Source of the DNA: Monocercomonoides exilis PA203
Lineage: Eukaryota > Protista > Preaxostyla
DNA: 64,000 nt
Assembly: GCA_001643675.2 (NCBI GenBank)
Contig: LSRY02000025.1
Coordinates: 558,001 to 622,000, forward strand
Reading direction: 5' to 3'
In this document: positions 11,751 to 24,300 of the stretch, in pieces
Layout: the number at the start of each line of letters is the position of its first letter
How positions within the stretch are numbered: position 1 is the first letter of the stretch
Position numbers and translations under genes: made by a program
The notes under the pieces: generated by a model
What the model was told of the DNA's origin: nothing
Seen by the model: only the letters and a program-made list of their open reading frames with translations
Databases searched by the model: none

Positions 11751-12601
11751 TCAAAATCCTTTCCCTCACCGTCTCTGTCAACCGATCTTACAGGTTCTTG
11801 TTGTATTTTCAGTGCGGACAATGGTATCAAAAACAGGTTTGAGTTTTAGCGAAGTTTGATCTTTTGCTACCAAAAAATTCATCCAATACTCATAATCGAG
11901 GAGCATACCTGCTCATTGCATTCGCATGTTCGCAACATTGCGAACTTTCAACATCCAACATCACTTTTTCTCCACAATTTTTATCTGTTTTGATTTTCAT
12001 TCCTTCATTCAAACAAATATCCAGAAAAGTCATAATCTTGCTCTTTCTCTTTCATCAACTTGTTGCATCGCAACGATCAGCTCTCTTCCTTGCAATTATG
12101 TTCCAAAAAGCGAAATAATGAAAATTTTCATAAACAGTTCTTTTCTCCCGCTTTTTAAAGGCAACAGATGCAGATATCTTCAAACCGATAAAGAACATGA
12201 TAAATACAAATGAACAGTTGTCCTCATTCAACGTTTGTGAAAATAAATATCCTTTTTTGTTGTTTTATTTTTTAAGATAATATTTCTCATAATGCTGGAT
12301 TTCATTTATCTCCATCATTAACAAGCATTGTCAAGGAAACAATATTCCGAATTTCACAACAAATTTTTGTTTGATAATCTAAAATTTATCTGATAAGTTA
12401 TTTTATGAATTTGAAAAATCAGTTTGATCGATGAAACCATTACAAGAAACAGATAACAATTATTCATTGCTTTTCTCGACAGTTGCTTGCCAAAAATGTC
12501 AATGCAAAGAAGGACTGTATGAAAGCTTATATTTTATTGATTGTGCAATGTTTTTATTTTTGTCATTTTGTTCTTTCAAACTGGGCGATTCTTCGAACGA
12601 A

Positions 12602-14145
12602 ATGGCGTATTGCGAATGCTTTCTGGATGAATTAACTCGGGGGAAAATGAAGGAGCATCCAGTCGAAAAATTCACTGGTTTGCGAACAATATTTATTTGA
12701 ATCCTTGATGATTGCGTTCTTTTCTTAATTTATTTTGAAGAATTGTTTTCTGAACTGGAGAATTGTTCTGAAATGGAGCAAAAACAGAAAATTGAAGAAA
12801 TGAACGAACTGATGAATGAAATGAACAAAGTTGAAATTTGCTCTGTTTTCACAAATGGACAGCTCGACAGACTGAACAAAATGATTGAAGAAAGGAAAAT
12901 ATCTTTGGAAAATGCCATTCCGTTGTTGAAACACATGGGGTATTGCAAAGCGATGAAAGATTTCTTAGGAACTTCGCTTTGCAAATCGTCTTTACAAGAA
13001 AGATTTGAGAAAATGATTGTTGAAGAGAAGAAGAAAAAGAATGAAAAGCTTCTTGTTGATCTCTGCGAATGCTATATTTCTCTGTACGAAAGTCTTCGAG
13101 AGGCATTATTTTCAATTTGTGTACCTTGCCTTCTGAAAGTTGCATTGAACAAAGAGGAAAGCGAAGAGAATCAAAAAGAAGTGGAAATGGCTTTGCTTGC
13201 TATGTCAAATATTAAAGCATATCATGTATGAAATTAAATCTTCCTTTTTAAAGACGTTTGTTTCGATTTCAATTTCAATTTTTTATTTAAATATATATTT
13301 TATTTTATTTTTTCGTGAAGCGTGTTGGAAATGGACTGTATTTGAACGAGATGACAGAAATCTTGAAGTATCATCAGAAAAATCACTATTTGACACGACT
13401 TGCCTATCAATCAGCATGGGTGTTTTTGATAAGCAGATGGACTTATGACAAATTTCTAAACAGCAACGTTTTGAATGAATTGCATTTTGTTGGAGAAGCA
13501 ACAAGAGAACTGGAAGAGTTGATGAAATGCGCGGATTGGAAGAGAAAAGAAGAAGAAGAGGAAAGAGGAAAAGAAACGAAAGAAGAACTTCTTTTATTGA
13601 GGTGGCTTGTGATAATAGATTTTTATTCTCAAAAAGTCCAAATACATGGAGAAGAATTCGTCAAACTGACAAGATGCATCATAGATCTGTGCAGAGCAGC
13701 AAAGGGAAACTGCAGAGAAATATATAGGAAATGCTATTCATTTTTTTATTATTACATTTTTAGAGCCGAATCTTTTTACTACTCGTTGTGCGAAGAGGTT
13801 GCTGACTTAATTTTGGAGGAAATGCATGGGCCAACGATTGACAATGAAGTTACAACATTAAACATAGATGCTTTTTATGATTTTTTGAGAGTATTAAGAG
13901 GAAAAAGGGAAAAGAAGAATAGTTTAACTTCGTTTATTTTGTTTGCCTGGAACTGGCTGAATGGAAAGGCGAAAGAAGAAATTGAAAAAGAAAATCAGAA
14001 AGTGATGTTGTATAGAGAGCTGTGCGAAAAGATGGAAGAGGAAGGATATGAAGATTTAATTGTCAGCTTCTATAAATCAGTTTTTGATTTAGCTCATTTT
14101 AGGGCGTTATCAAAAAATCCAAACGATTATTTTGTTTATCATTAA
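12602..14145 (+). CDS. Uncharacterised helical (ARM-like) protein of a lineage-expanded family
   Basis: Introns 12678-12740 and 13226-13320 join the ORFs in frame (EKFT-ELFSELE; AYH-RVGNGLYL). Motifs CVPCLLKVALNKEESEENQKEVEMALLA, LTRLAYQSAW and KMEEEGYED are recalled from a large oxymonad family. The start could instead be the ATG at 12647. Confidence 0.75.
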
Positions 14146-14399
14146 GAATCATAAATTAAAAACGGGCAAAAAGTGAATTTCTCCATCTTGTTAACTGTAT
14201 TCATCAGAGTTTTATTCTTCCTGTTCTTCTTCTTTTTTTTCTTGAATTTTTCTTTAAGTTGCTTTGCAGCTGATTTCGAGCAATTTTTTTTTGACCTTTC
14301 GTTTCTATTTTCACCTTTCAATCTTTTTCTACCAGTGTAACATTCAAATTTGTAATTCACTTTATTTTGAATTTCTTTTATTTGCATTCATATTTGTTT

Positions 14400-15203
14400 T
14401 GTTGTTGTGTATTTTTCCTCATTCACATCTTCATCTTCTTTACATGTTCCATCAACTTCCATTCGGAAATCCTCTTCTTCTTCATTGCAGTCACTGTGAT
14501 TGCAACTCCTCAAATCCCTCATCATAACTTTTCTTGGGATCTTCAATTCTTCTTTCTCCATTTCTCAGGTTGCCGGTGCAATTGCCTTTGTGTTCTCTTC
14601 CCCCCAAAAGAGCCGATGCCTTGTTTGTTGTTTCTCTGTCATCGTGCTTTGAAATGAAGTTGTTTCCAAAAATCCGCTTTCTTCATAGATGTGTGCGCGC
14701 ACCAACACATCTTCTGAATGGGACTTCTCCTGTTCACATGCTTCAATTTGGAATTCTCCTATTTGCGGATGAAGAAAGAGAGGTTGAAGAAAGAAAGAGG
14801 AAATATTGCACTTATTGAATTGAGAAGACATTTTTTTCTGTTTTTATCAAATGGAGCAAAGCGAAAGCCGCTTTGACTGAAGATGGAAGAGCTGAATTTT
14901 CTGAATAATCTTCTTTCAATTGTTTTTCATCAAATTTCAATTTGATTGATCTGGTTCTTTTGGTGGGAGCACCAATTATTTTGCCTCTGAAAAGCAGTTA
15001 TATAATCTCTTTAATGTCTTCAACTCCTTCTGTGAGCGATGAATTTCATTTCTTTTCTTCATCAACTTCTTCTTCTTCTTCTTCTTTGACACCAGCAACC
15101 TGTGATCATTCATTCTTTTGGGGAAAGGTGAGTCAGCAAATGCTTTGAATTCTTTGTTTGGTTTGTGTGATAAATTGAAACTTTTTTGAAGAAACATTTT
15201 CAT
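14400..15203 (-). pseudogene. Possible decayed low-complexity protein gene
   Basis: Coding-like composition across ORFs 14976..15203 and 14565..14831, with stops and frameshifts and no recognisable domain. Confidence 0.3.
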
Positions 15204-16059
15204 TGAATTTTTTTTATCTTATTGTTTCTGTTCAGTCGAATGGAGCAAAAGAAGATGGATATGGTCTTTGTTTTATTTTGACTTTTTTATGTGTGAACAA
15301 AAAAAAAGTGAAAAATTAATCGAAAATTTGTTTAATTTGAAAAAAATACAAAATATAACACAAAAAGAAGTTATCGAAGGAGTTAAAATACAACGAGCTT
15401 TTATATAAATGAAATTAGAGATTATTTCTAAAGAAAATGTCATTTTAATGGGTTTCGTCCCTTGTGCTGGTTTTTCATATAACTTTGTATTTTGTTTGTG
15501 TAAAAAAAAACGTAATATTCTTTACAATTTCTTGAAAAGAAAACATTTTTTTCTTATTGTTTAATTTTTTAAATCATTCCACGATGTTATTTAACGTGTA
15601 TATTTAGTCATAAAAAGTGCAAATAAATAAACAAAATTTTTAATCAAAAAATCAATATTTAATATTGAAAATAAATTGAATATGCAATTAGAAAAAATTT
15701 GCTAAAATTTCCGTGAAGAAAGAAATAAATAAGTATTTAAACGAAATGAATGAAAAAGAAGAGTTTTTTGGAATAAAAATGTGTAATGGTTTTCTGACAT
15801 AATAAAACAAAATGAAAGAGATTACAACTCACACGTTTAATCGAAAATTAATAAATAAATTAAAAGAATATTCAACAAGCATTTCAAGTTACACTCAATA
15901 TGAAAAACATGTAAAAATTGGTAAATCAACCACAACAATTTTAATGAAGATGAAACAAACAAATAATAAAAAAATAACTGTTGCACATAAATGGCTTTAT
16001 GAAATAAATGGAAAAAGAAAAGGGGAAAAAAAAGATGCATATCACACAAAAACAAACAT

Positions 16060-16116
<57 letters not shown>

Positions 16117-16215
16117 ATAAACCAAAGACATGTTTTAAGATACAAAAACTGCGCACAAACCAAGCAATCGAACATTTCATCATTTTCATTCAAACATTGA
16201 TTCTATTGCATATTC

Positions 16216-19146
16216 TCAGTGCTCTTCCTCTTCAGCAGCATCGTCCGCATTCCCCGTCTTGCTGCTTGGATCTTTGGCCGGGCTCATCCCTGCAGCAATC
16301 ATTGCATCTCTCAGCTGCGCCTCCAGCCGGATTCTTTCTGCTTTCTCTTTTTCTCTTTCCTCTGCAATCTCTTTCTTTCTCTCTTTCTCTGCTTTCTTTT
16401 CTTCTGCTTCTTTTTTCTGCGCCCTTCGATCTTCTTCCATCTCTTCCTGCTTCTCCTCATCTGTCTGCACTTCACCCAGCTCCGCTTTCTTCTTCTTCTT
16501 TTCCATTCTGTCTCGCAGCCTTCTCACTTCTTCCTCTTTTCTCCTCTTCTCCTCTTTTCTCCTCCTCTTCTCCTCCTCTTTCCTCGCATGTCTTGTACGT
16601 CTTTCTCGCTCTGCCAGCACCATCAATTGCTGTCGTAGCTGCTGAACATACGCTGCAGCTTGCTTCTTTCTCGCTTCATCTTCAGCACTCTCCCCTTTTG
16701 TGCTTGTAGCTTGCGGAAGTTCACTGGAGGAAGGGGGAATAGAGGCTATAGAAGCAGAAGAAGCAGAAGAAGCAATAGAAGTAACAGAATTAACAGAAGA
16801 AGAAGAACGAATCAAAGATGCAGAGGTGGAGGAGGATAACAGAGATGATGAGGATGAAGATGAATGAGCCAACTCATTCATTTTTGCTTTACTTTGCTGA
16901 GTTTCTTCTTTCTTTTCTTCTTTTTTTTCATCTTCTTTTTCTTCTTTTTTTTCTTCTTTTTTTTCTTCTTCTTCTTTTTCTTCTTCTTCTTTTTCTTCTT
17001 CTTCTTCTTCTTCTTTCTTTTCTTCTGCTTTTCTGAGTCGCTCAATTGACTGAGAAGCCATCAATTCCTGCATTTCGCTTTCTCTCTTTCTCCTTTCTGC
17101 TTTCTTCTTCTCTTTCTCCTCTTTCTTTCTCCTCTTCTTCTCTTGTTTGTCTTCTTCCTTCTCTTCTCCTGCTTTTTCTTTTGCCAAAGCTCCTTCAGTA
17201 TTCTGCAATGAAACTTCTCCTTCTTTCAAATTTGGCTTATTTAACTCAACACCTTCCTTTTCTGACTGTTCCATCGCTGCTTGCTTTGCTGCTTCTTCCT
17301 GCTCTTTCTTCTTTCTCTCTTCTTTCAGCCTCTTTTTCTCTTCTTTTCGCTTCTTTTTCTGCTCCAACAGCTCTTTCATTCTTTTCTCTTGCTCCTCTTT
17401 CAATTTTTTCTCCTTCTCCTTCTCCTTCTCTTTCTCTCTCTCCGCTTCTTCCTCTCTTTCTCTTTCTTTTTTCAATCTTTCTTCTTCCTCTTCTTTCTTT
17501 CTCTCCTCCTTTTCTTTCTCTTTTCTTTCTTCCTCTTCTTCCTCTTCTCTTTTTTTCTTTTCTTTTTCTTTTTTTTCTTTTTCTTTTTCTCGCTTCTCTT
17601 TTTCTTCTTTTAGTTGAATTTCTTTCTTCTTTCTTTCTTCTTCCATTTGCCTTTCTTTCTCTTCTCTTTCTTTCTCTTCTCTTTCTTTTTCCTCTCTTTC
17701 TTTCACTTCTTTTTTCTTTCTTTCACTTTCAACTTCATCATTTTTCCTTTTTTCTTCACCCTTTTCACCTTTTTCTCTTGTCCTTTGAGCTTTTTTATCT
17801 TCTGCTTTATTTTCTTTCCCAACCTCCTTCTTTGATATTCCTTTGTTTTCTTCAGTTTTAAATCTCTCTTTCATTCCAAACTCTCTTTCGCTTATAGAAA
17901 TTTTCTGTTTTGCCTCAGATGATGTTACAACTTGTTCATTTTTGACTTTATTTTTTTGTGTTTGCTGAATTTCTTCAGCTCTTTCTGATTGTTTTTTAAC
18001 AGCCCTTCCTCTTTCCTCATTTTCCCTCTTCCTCCTTTTTTCGTCTTCCTCTTCTTTCTCTTCAAGTTCAATGAGTTTGCTTTGCTTCTGCACCATCTCA
18101 TCCTCTTCTCCATTTTGCTCTTCTGCTCCGTCATTGAAGCTCAACACAGTCTCCATCAAAATAAACTCCTCTTTTGCTCCTTTTTCAGCTGGCCCTGTTT
18201 TTCTGTTTGCTCCTCCTTTGCTTCTTGCTTCATTTAAATCTTCCAACCCCTTCCTATTCCGTTCATCAAACAAATCTTCTTTTTCTTTTTCTTTTTCTTT
18301 TTCTTTTTCTTTTTCTTTTTCTTTTTCTTTTTCTTTTTCTTTTTCTTTTTCTTTTTCTTTCTCATCTCTTCCCCCTTCTTCATCCAATTTATTCTCCTCC
18401 TCCACATTCTTCTTCTTCCTCCTCTTCTTCTTCTTCCCGCCCTTTTTCCCTTTCTTTGTCCGAAGCAGTGTGTTCTGTCTTTTTGCAGCTCGCTCTCTCA
18501 TTCTGTGCTTCAGAAGCTCTTCGTGGCTGGGAAATAGCAGTGTGCTTTCATCGTTGGATTCCTCTTCCTCTTCCTCTTCTTCTTCTGCGTGCGATAGTTC
18601 GTTCTCTGCAGACTTTGATGCGTTTGTGCGTGTTGTTCCTCGATGTGGAGAACCAAAAGAGGAGGAGGAGGAAGAAGATGATGAGGAAGTGGCTGATGAA
18701 CTTGAGCCAAGCGCTGAAGGTGTGCTGAACAACTCCAAATGTGTCGAGCTCATGTACCGTTCGTGTATCATCCACAGTCGCCGCCTCCTTTTCTCTTCCA
18801 GCTGTTTTGCTTTCTCTTCTTCCTTCTTCTTTTTCTCCTCCAGCTGAACTTTCGCTTCTTCGTCTTTCATCTTCTCAATTTTCTGTTTTCGGATGGCCCT
18901 TTCCTCCATCGCCTGTTCGTGCTGCTCTTCCAAATTGATCCTTTTGATGATCCGGTCGATCGCCTTCTCCCACACAGCCTGGCGGATAGACGATGCCCAG
19001 CTGGCTTCTGAAAGGAATGGAAAAAGATATAGGAAAGAAAGAAGGAAAGAAAAAGGAATAGAAAAAGGAATAGAAAAAGGAATAGAAAAAAGAATAGAAA
19101 AAAAGAAAAGAAAGGAAATGAAAATTGAAGTTGGAACGTTTATAAC

Positions 19147-19215
<69 letters not shown>

Positions 19216-21026
19216 GGCGTATGCCTCATAAAAAGAGTGTGCGCATAAAACATTTAATCAAAAAGTGAATAAAAAGTGAAATTCATTTCGTAAAAATACT
19301 TTCATCACACCTCCATATGAATTACCTCGACTTTCTTCCTTTTTCGCCTTTTTCTTCTTTCCTTTCTTCTTCTTCGCTTCAACAGTCATCTTTGTTGATT
19401 CGAATCCGTCTTCATCATTTTTATGGAGAATCATCCATTCTGCAATATCTTCACCACTTCTTCCTTCCCTTTCCCCAACTCCTTTTCCTCCTTCTCCTTC
19501 TCTTCCTTCTCCTTCACCGTTTCTGCCTCTGTCAGAAACTCCATACTTATTTTGACTGTTTATTGTTCCGTCTTTCTCTTTTTTATCCTTTCCATCTTCA
19601 TTCTCATCTGCTCCTTCGCTTTTGCTCTTGCCTGATTTCCTCTGCCCAAAACCATATGATCCTTTTCCTTTGTTACTCTTTGAGTTGACTTTCTCTTTCT
19701 TTTCTTCTCTGCCCTTTGAAGCGCCATCCAAGGGAGAACAGGCAAAAGCTGTTCTCGAGCGATTCAAATGAGAAGGCGATCTATCATTGCGCATAGAAAG
19801 CTGCTGTGCCTTTCTTCCTTCCATATTTGGCTTCGCTGCTTCTTTCTTCTTTCTCTTGTACATTGACGGGCGATCAGTCTGAATGCTCAGAGAAGAATAA
19901 TTTGACGAAGAACGGCTCGTGCCCAAAGACGAAAGAGAATAATTGCTGCTGTCTTCGCCACTGCCATAGGCTGTCCTTCTCCTTCCGTCTTTCTCGTTTA
20001 GCCTCCTTTCAGTTTGAAAGCCCCCTTTTGTTCTCGAACCTGATCTTTCGGTTAGTGCAGCGCTATGGATGTTGCTGCCTTCACGCAGCTTTGAAGGATG
20101 CTGGCCAATCGAAGTGTAAGAACGAGCAGACGGATTTGCTGCACTCGAAGATGAATGATGTGGTGTCGATGAATCTGCAGAAGGTGATTCAGAACGAACA
20201 CTTCTACGACGCATCGAAGGTGAGGCAGAAGACAAAGAGGCTTGCTGCTGCGATCGAATTGGCCTACTGATTGTTGGAGAGATGGTAAGTGGTTTTACAG
20301 ACACGTGTCGAGTTGGGCTATTTCTGTGAAATGATGGAGATTGAACAGATCTTGTGCGATTGCTCCTTGTAAAATCAGTTGGGGTACTTAGAGCAGAGTG
20401 CTGGCTTGTGTCGCTTCCGACAAACTCTGTGCGTGAGCGAGGAGTTGACATTTCTGATCTCTCCCCAATTTGAAAAGGACTTGTTTGTGTGCTTTCAGTA
20501 TATTTTGAATAAGGACGAACACTTTTGGTGTAAGGAGAAGAAACAAGCGGACGAGAAGAAGAGGCTGCATTAAAAAGAAATTGGTTATTTCTTGTGTAAA
20601 TAGATAAAGTGTCATGCACACTATCGGTATGTGAAGATAATTCATCTTTCTTTTCATCATTGTAAACAATATGTTGAGTCTTTGTTGGATGTCCATATTT
20701 GTGCAAAATAGAAGCAGGATCATGAAGAGGTGGTAGTTTTGCTGGACCTATTTTTACAATTTCAAAGGCAAAAATAGTTGTAATTTGAAAAAAAGAAATA
20801 TAATTTCCTGCAAACTATCAAGAAATAAGTATTCTGTTTGCATGCGTTGCTTGCTTGGAGATTTCACTGTGTGGATGTTTCGACGCTGAATTGATTAAAA
20901 TTCAAACATATTAAAGCAGAATAAGTTCATAAAAGACATGTTATTAAACATAAGAGAGAACAGGATAACTTTATTTTTCTGTGGGCTATTCGGAGAGTCG
21001 TTTCCTTTAGTGGGCGAGCTTTCCAT
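16216..21026 (-). CDS. Large low-complexity protein: Ser/Arg-rich N-half and Lys/Glu-rich coiled-coil or single-alpha-helix C-half
   Basis: ATG at 21026 (MESSPTKGNDSPN) and two short 5' exons lead into ORF 19258..20706. That ORF splices (GGA G|gtgtga ... ttcag|AA GCC) through an A-rich intron at ~19009-19311 to ORF 16216..18975. It includes (GAAAAA)n at ~18278-18360. Confidence 0.7.
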
Positions 21027-21313
21027 TCCCGACTTTTAAATGCTTTTTAAAGCCCCTTTTAATTAATTTTTAAAGAAAAAAAAAAAAGAAAACGTCTCCC
21101 ATTTTATTTTTCTTTATTATTAAAATGAAACCAGAAAACAAATATTCATTCTCTAACATTGACTTCATTGATGAATATAAAAAATATATGACAGTTAAAA
21201 AATAAGCGCCATAAAATAATTTGGCATTCTCTAATATTTCAAAAACTTCTTAACAGAAACATTAATTTCATAACTATAATAACAATTTTAAAAAGCAAAC
21301 ACAAATACAAAGT

Positions 21314-24300
21314 TTATTCAAAAATAATAGCTGCATCGTTGTTGTTATCATCACCATCATCCCCGCCATCCCCTTCACCATCGTCGTCTTCGTCATTATC
21401 ATCGCTATCTCCATCGCTGAAGTCATCATCATCATCATCACTATCATCCTCCTCCTCCTCTTCTTCTTCTTCCTCATTGCCTGTTTCTATGCTTTCCCTG
21501 CTAACCGCAACGACTTTTGGATTCTTCGAATCTGCCTCTTCCTCCACCACAAACGCCCTCCACGCTGCTGCCGCCACACGTCTGTCTGTGTCATTCCTCA
21601 GTTCTCTCGCCATCGCTCTTCTTTGCCTGCCAAACTGACACAGCTCCATCTCCATCAGCCCAATCGCCCGCAAAATCGGACTTTCATGATGCACAAGCAC
21701 AAACTCCACTTTGTCCATTTTCACCTCGTCCAGCTCTTCTTTCGATTTGAACATTCGCTCCGAGTGTGTCCGCTTTGTGATGTTGAAGTGGCCCAGCGAT
21801 TTGGCAATAACCTCTTTCATCGAGCTGATTGGAGAAAACACATCTTCTGCTGTCAGATAACCTTTTCTCACTCTTTCCTCAAACAGCTTCACCCACTTGT
21901 CGCAATGTGTCACTGAAAGAAGCAGGATCAAGCTGTACAGATGCCAATGCGGAGCATTCTTCCCATCAAACAGCGATGTTATCTTGTCCACCACCACACG
22001 CATGGGCATTGGAACATCCTCTTCTCTCTTCCCATGGCTCTTGCTTTTCTTCACCCTCTCCTTCAGCAGACTTCCCAGTGACGCTACAAAATCAAACGCT
22101 TTCTTCCACATCCCTTTTGCCACCAGAGTTTCCATAAGCTCACAGATCTTATCAACATTGCGGGTGTTCAGAAGGGTTGGAAGCATTCGAATGGCACTTT
22201 TCGACAGCTGCTTCTCGTCAGATGTCACTGCAGACTGCGATGCAAATCCAATCACCATCGAAAGCAGCTCATCGCATGCAGCTGTTTCAGAGGAGGAAGA
22301 AGAGGAAGCAGATGAGGAAGATGATGATCCCAGTGAAGATAGCACAGATTCGTCTCCAATGAAATCCGCGGTTGTCAGCATGATTTTTCCTTGTTTCCTC
22401 GCTTTTGTGCACGCCATCATCACCTTCGATAGAATCGTCTTGTTTGGATGCTTCAGAAGGAGAAGCAAGAGCTGCAAGCAGTGGTGTGTGATGGGCATTT
22501 GCTTCTGCTTGACCAAAGATGCTTCATCAGATGCAGCCTTCATTGGAATCACAAGTGTGCTCAGATCTTTCTCTGCCATCTCGTCAAACGGTACTGCCGA
22601 CACAGCCACAATCTCAATCGGAGACACAGCTGCCTTTCTGAACACATTCCACGTCTCCTCGCGGTCGATGTACTGCTCCAGCAGCGTGTGCATAATCAGC
22701 TTCCGCACATCCCTGTGCAGCGTCATCCCAGCAATAGACGCAAACTCACTGAACGCCATTTCTCCGTCTGGCAGATCACGCAAGAGCCTCACTTTCGTCT
22801 TGGCTGTCATCACTTTCTTCATCGGAATAGCTCGAATCGCATCCATCAGCTTCTCCGCACTCAGCCTCGACGGCAGGCCGACCAGCGCAAACGACGCTGC
22901 TTTGAAGCGTTTCTCATCGTCCAACGCAGACACAAGCAAATCGATGCTCTCTTTCTCTCTGCTGTCCAAGTGTAGCAGCCCGTAAATCGCCAGGTTGCAC
23001 AGAAGCTCGTCCTCTTTCCCGTTCTGCGCCAAGCTCATTAGCGTGTCACTGGAGAAAGAAGGCAGATTGCTCAATGAAATGATCGCCTTCCGCTGATCAG
23101 CCAGCAGCCCGTTCATGTTCATTTTGTCGATGGAGCCTGCGTTGTCCTTGATGTACCCTTTCCTCTCTTTCAGCGACTGCACAAGCGATTCCCCATACAT
23201 CTGCTGCTGCTTCTCAGTCAACCGCGCTGCCATCCGACGCAAAGTCAAAATGTATGGCTGTTTACCTCCCCTGAATTTATACCCTGTCTTGCCTTCGATG
23301 CCGTTCACCCCGTGCATCACGCGGAAGGACAAGAATGGCTGGAGGAGATCCTGCCGCTCAGAAAGCACAAGAGATGGGAACGCTTCGTTTAGAATCAGAC
23401 TCTCGTCATTGGAGAGCAAAGAGAAGAAGATGCTCCTCTTTTTGGCTTTCAGCTGCATATCAGCTTCAAATCTCCTTCGCATCTTCTGCAACCGCTCTGT
23501 TTTATCTTCTTCCATTTTCCCCTCAGCATGTTCATTTGCCTGACCTTGCAACGCACCGCTGCTTCTTTTGATTCTCCTGCTTCTGCTTCTCTTTCCTCTG
23601 CGGTTTATTCTTCGGAACCTTCGCATGCTGTGTGCAGAAGGCTTAACCCTCCCCAGAAATTGAAGAATTCTCTGCCAGATCGACGAGAAGTTGTTGCTCT
23701 GCATCATTTTTTCGATCATTGGAACTACAACTTCAAGCGCAAATTCTGGGTTCTTGCCAAACTCTGTGATCACATCGTAGTATAGAGCATTCAAAACCTC
23801 ATATCCTTTTTTCTTCTCCATCAAATGGATGCAATTCGAACTAAACTTCAAGGCTGCTTCGGTTGGCATATCACGTGCCAGATTTCTCAGTTTGATCTGA
23901 TGCAGCCCAATAAAATCATTCGAAAACACATCGCTGTTTTTGTTGAGCATATCAAAGATGGATGATGTATCCATCACAAAACTCAGCTTAAACGTGAGTG
24001 GAATGATTGCCCTCGCCACTGTGAAGGAGCACTTTGATAGCTTGTGCGCTTCTAGAAGAGTCTTGATAAAAGTATGGAAGCAGCTCTTAAACAGCTCTGG
24101 ATCCCGGTTGTATGCACGCCTAAACACAGAAGTCGGCAAAACACTTAATCTGCACGGGATCTCATATTTCGTCGTGTTTTTCAAGAGAAAGTCGGAAGCC
24201 ATAGGCAAAAAGCGATCGAACGGCGGATTTTCACAGTGAATAAGTGCATTCAACAGGCAGTCAAGACCGTTTTCAGGATATTCTGTGAAGTTGGCGATTG

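Larger units (their letters stand above)
7618..11944 (-). mobile_element. DIRS-type tyrosine-recombinase retrotransposon, internally deleted and non-autonomous
   Basis: Short inverted termini (7618-7660 vs 11888-11944) and an internal complementary region (8277-8371) matching both ends. It carries a YR ORF, RNase H C-terminal and methyltransferase-like remnants, and broken gag-like ORFs. No RT core was recognised. Confidence 0.88.

Noticed and set aside
16061-16114. Long poly-A tracts (also 19150-19211, and poly-T 56339-56370) as retroposon tails
   Set aside because: No TSD or element body; they lie in a 3' flank, intron or intergenic DNA and fit simple homopolymer expansion.
16008-18847. 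Many Phe/Ser/Leu-rich plus-strand ORFs resembling membrane proteins
   Set aside because: They are the antisense of the KE-rich gene.
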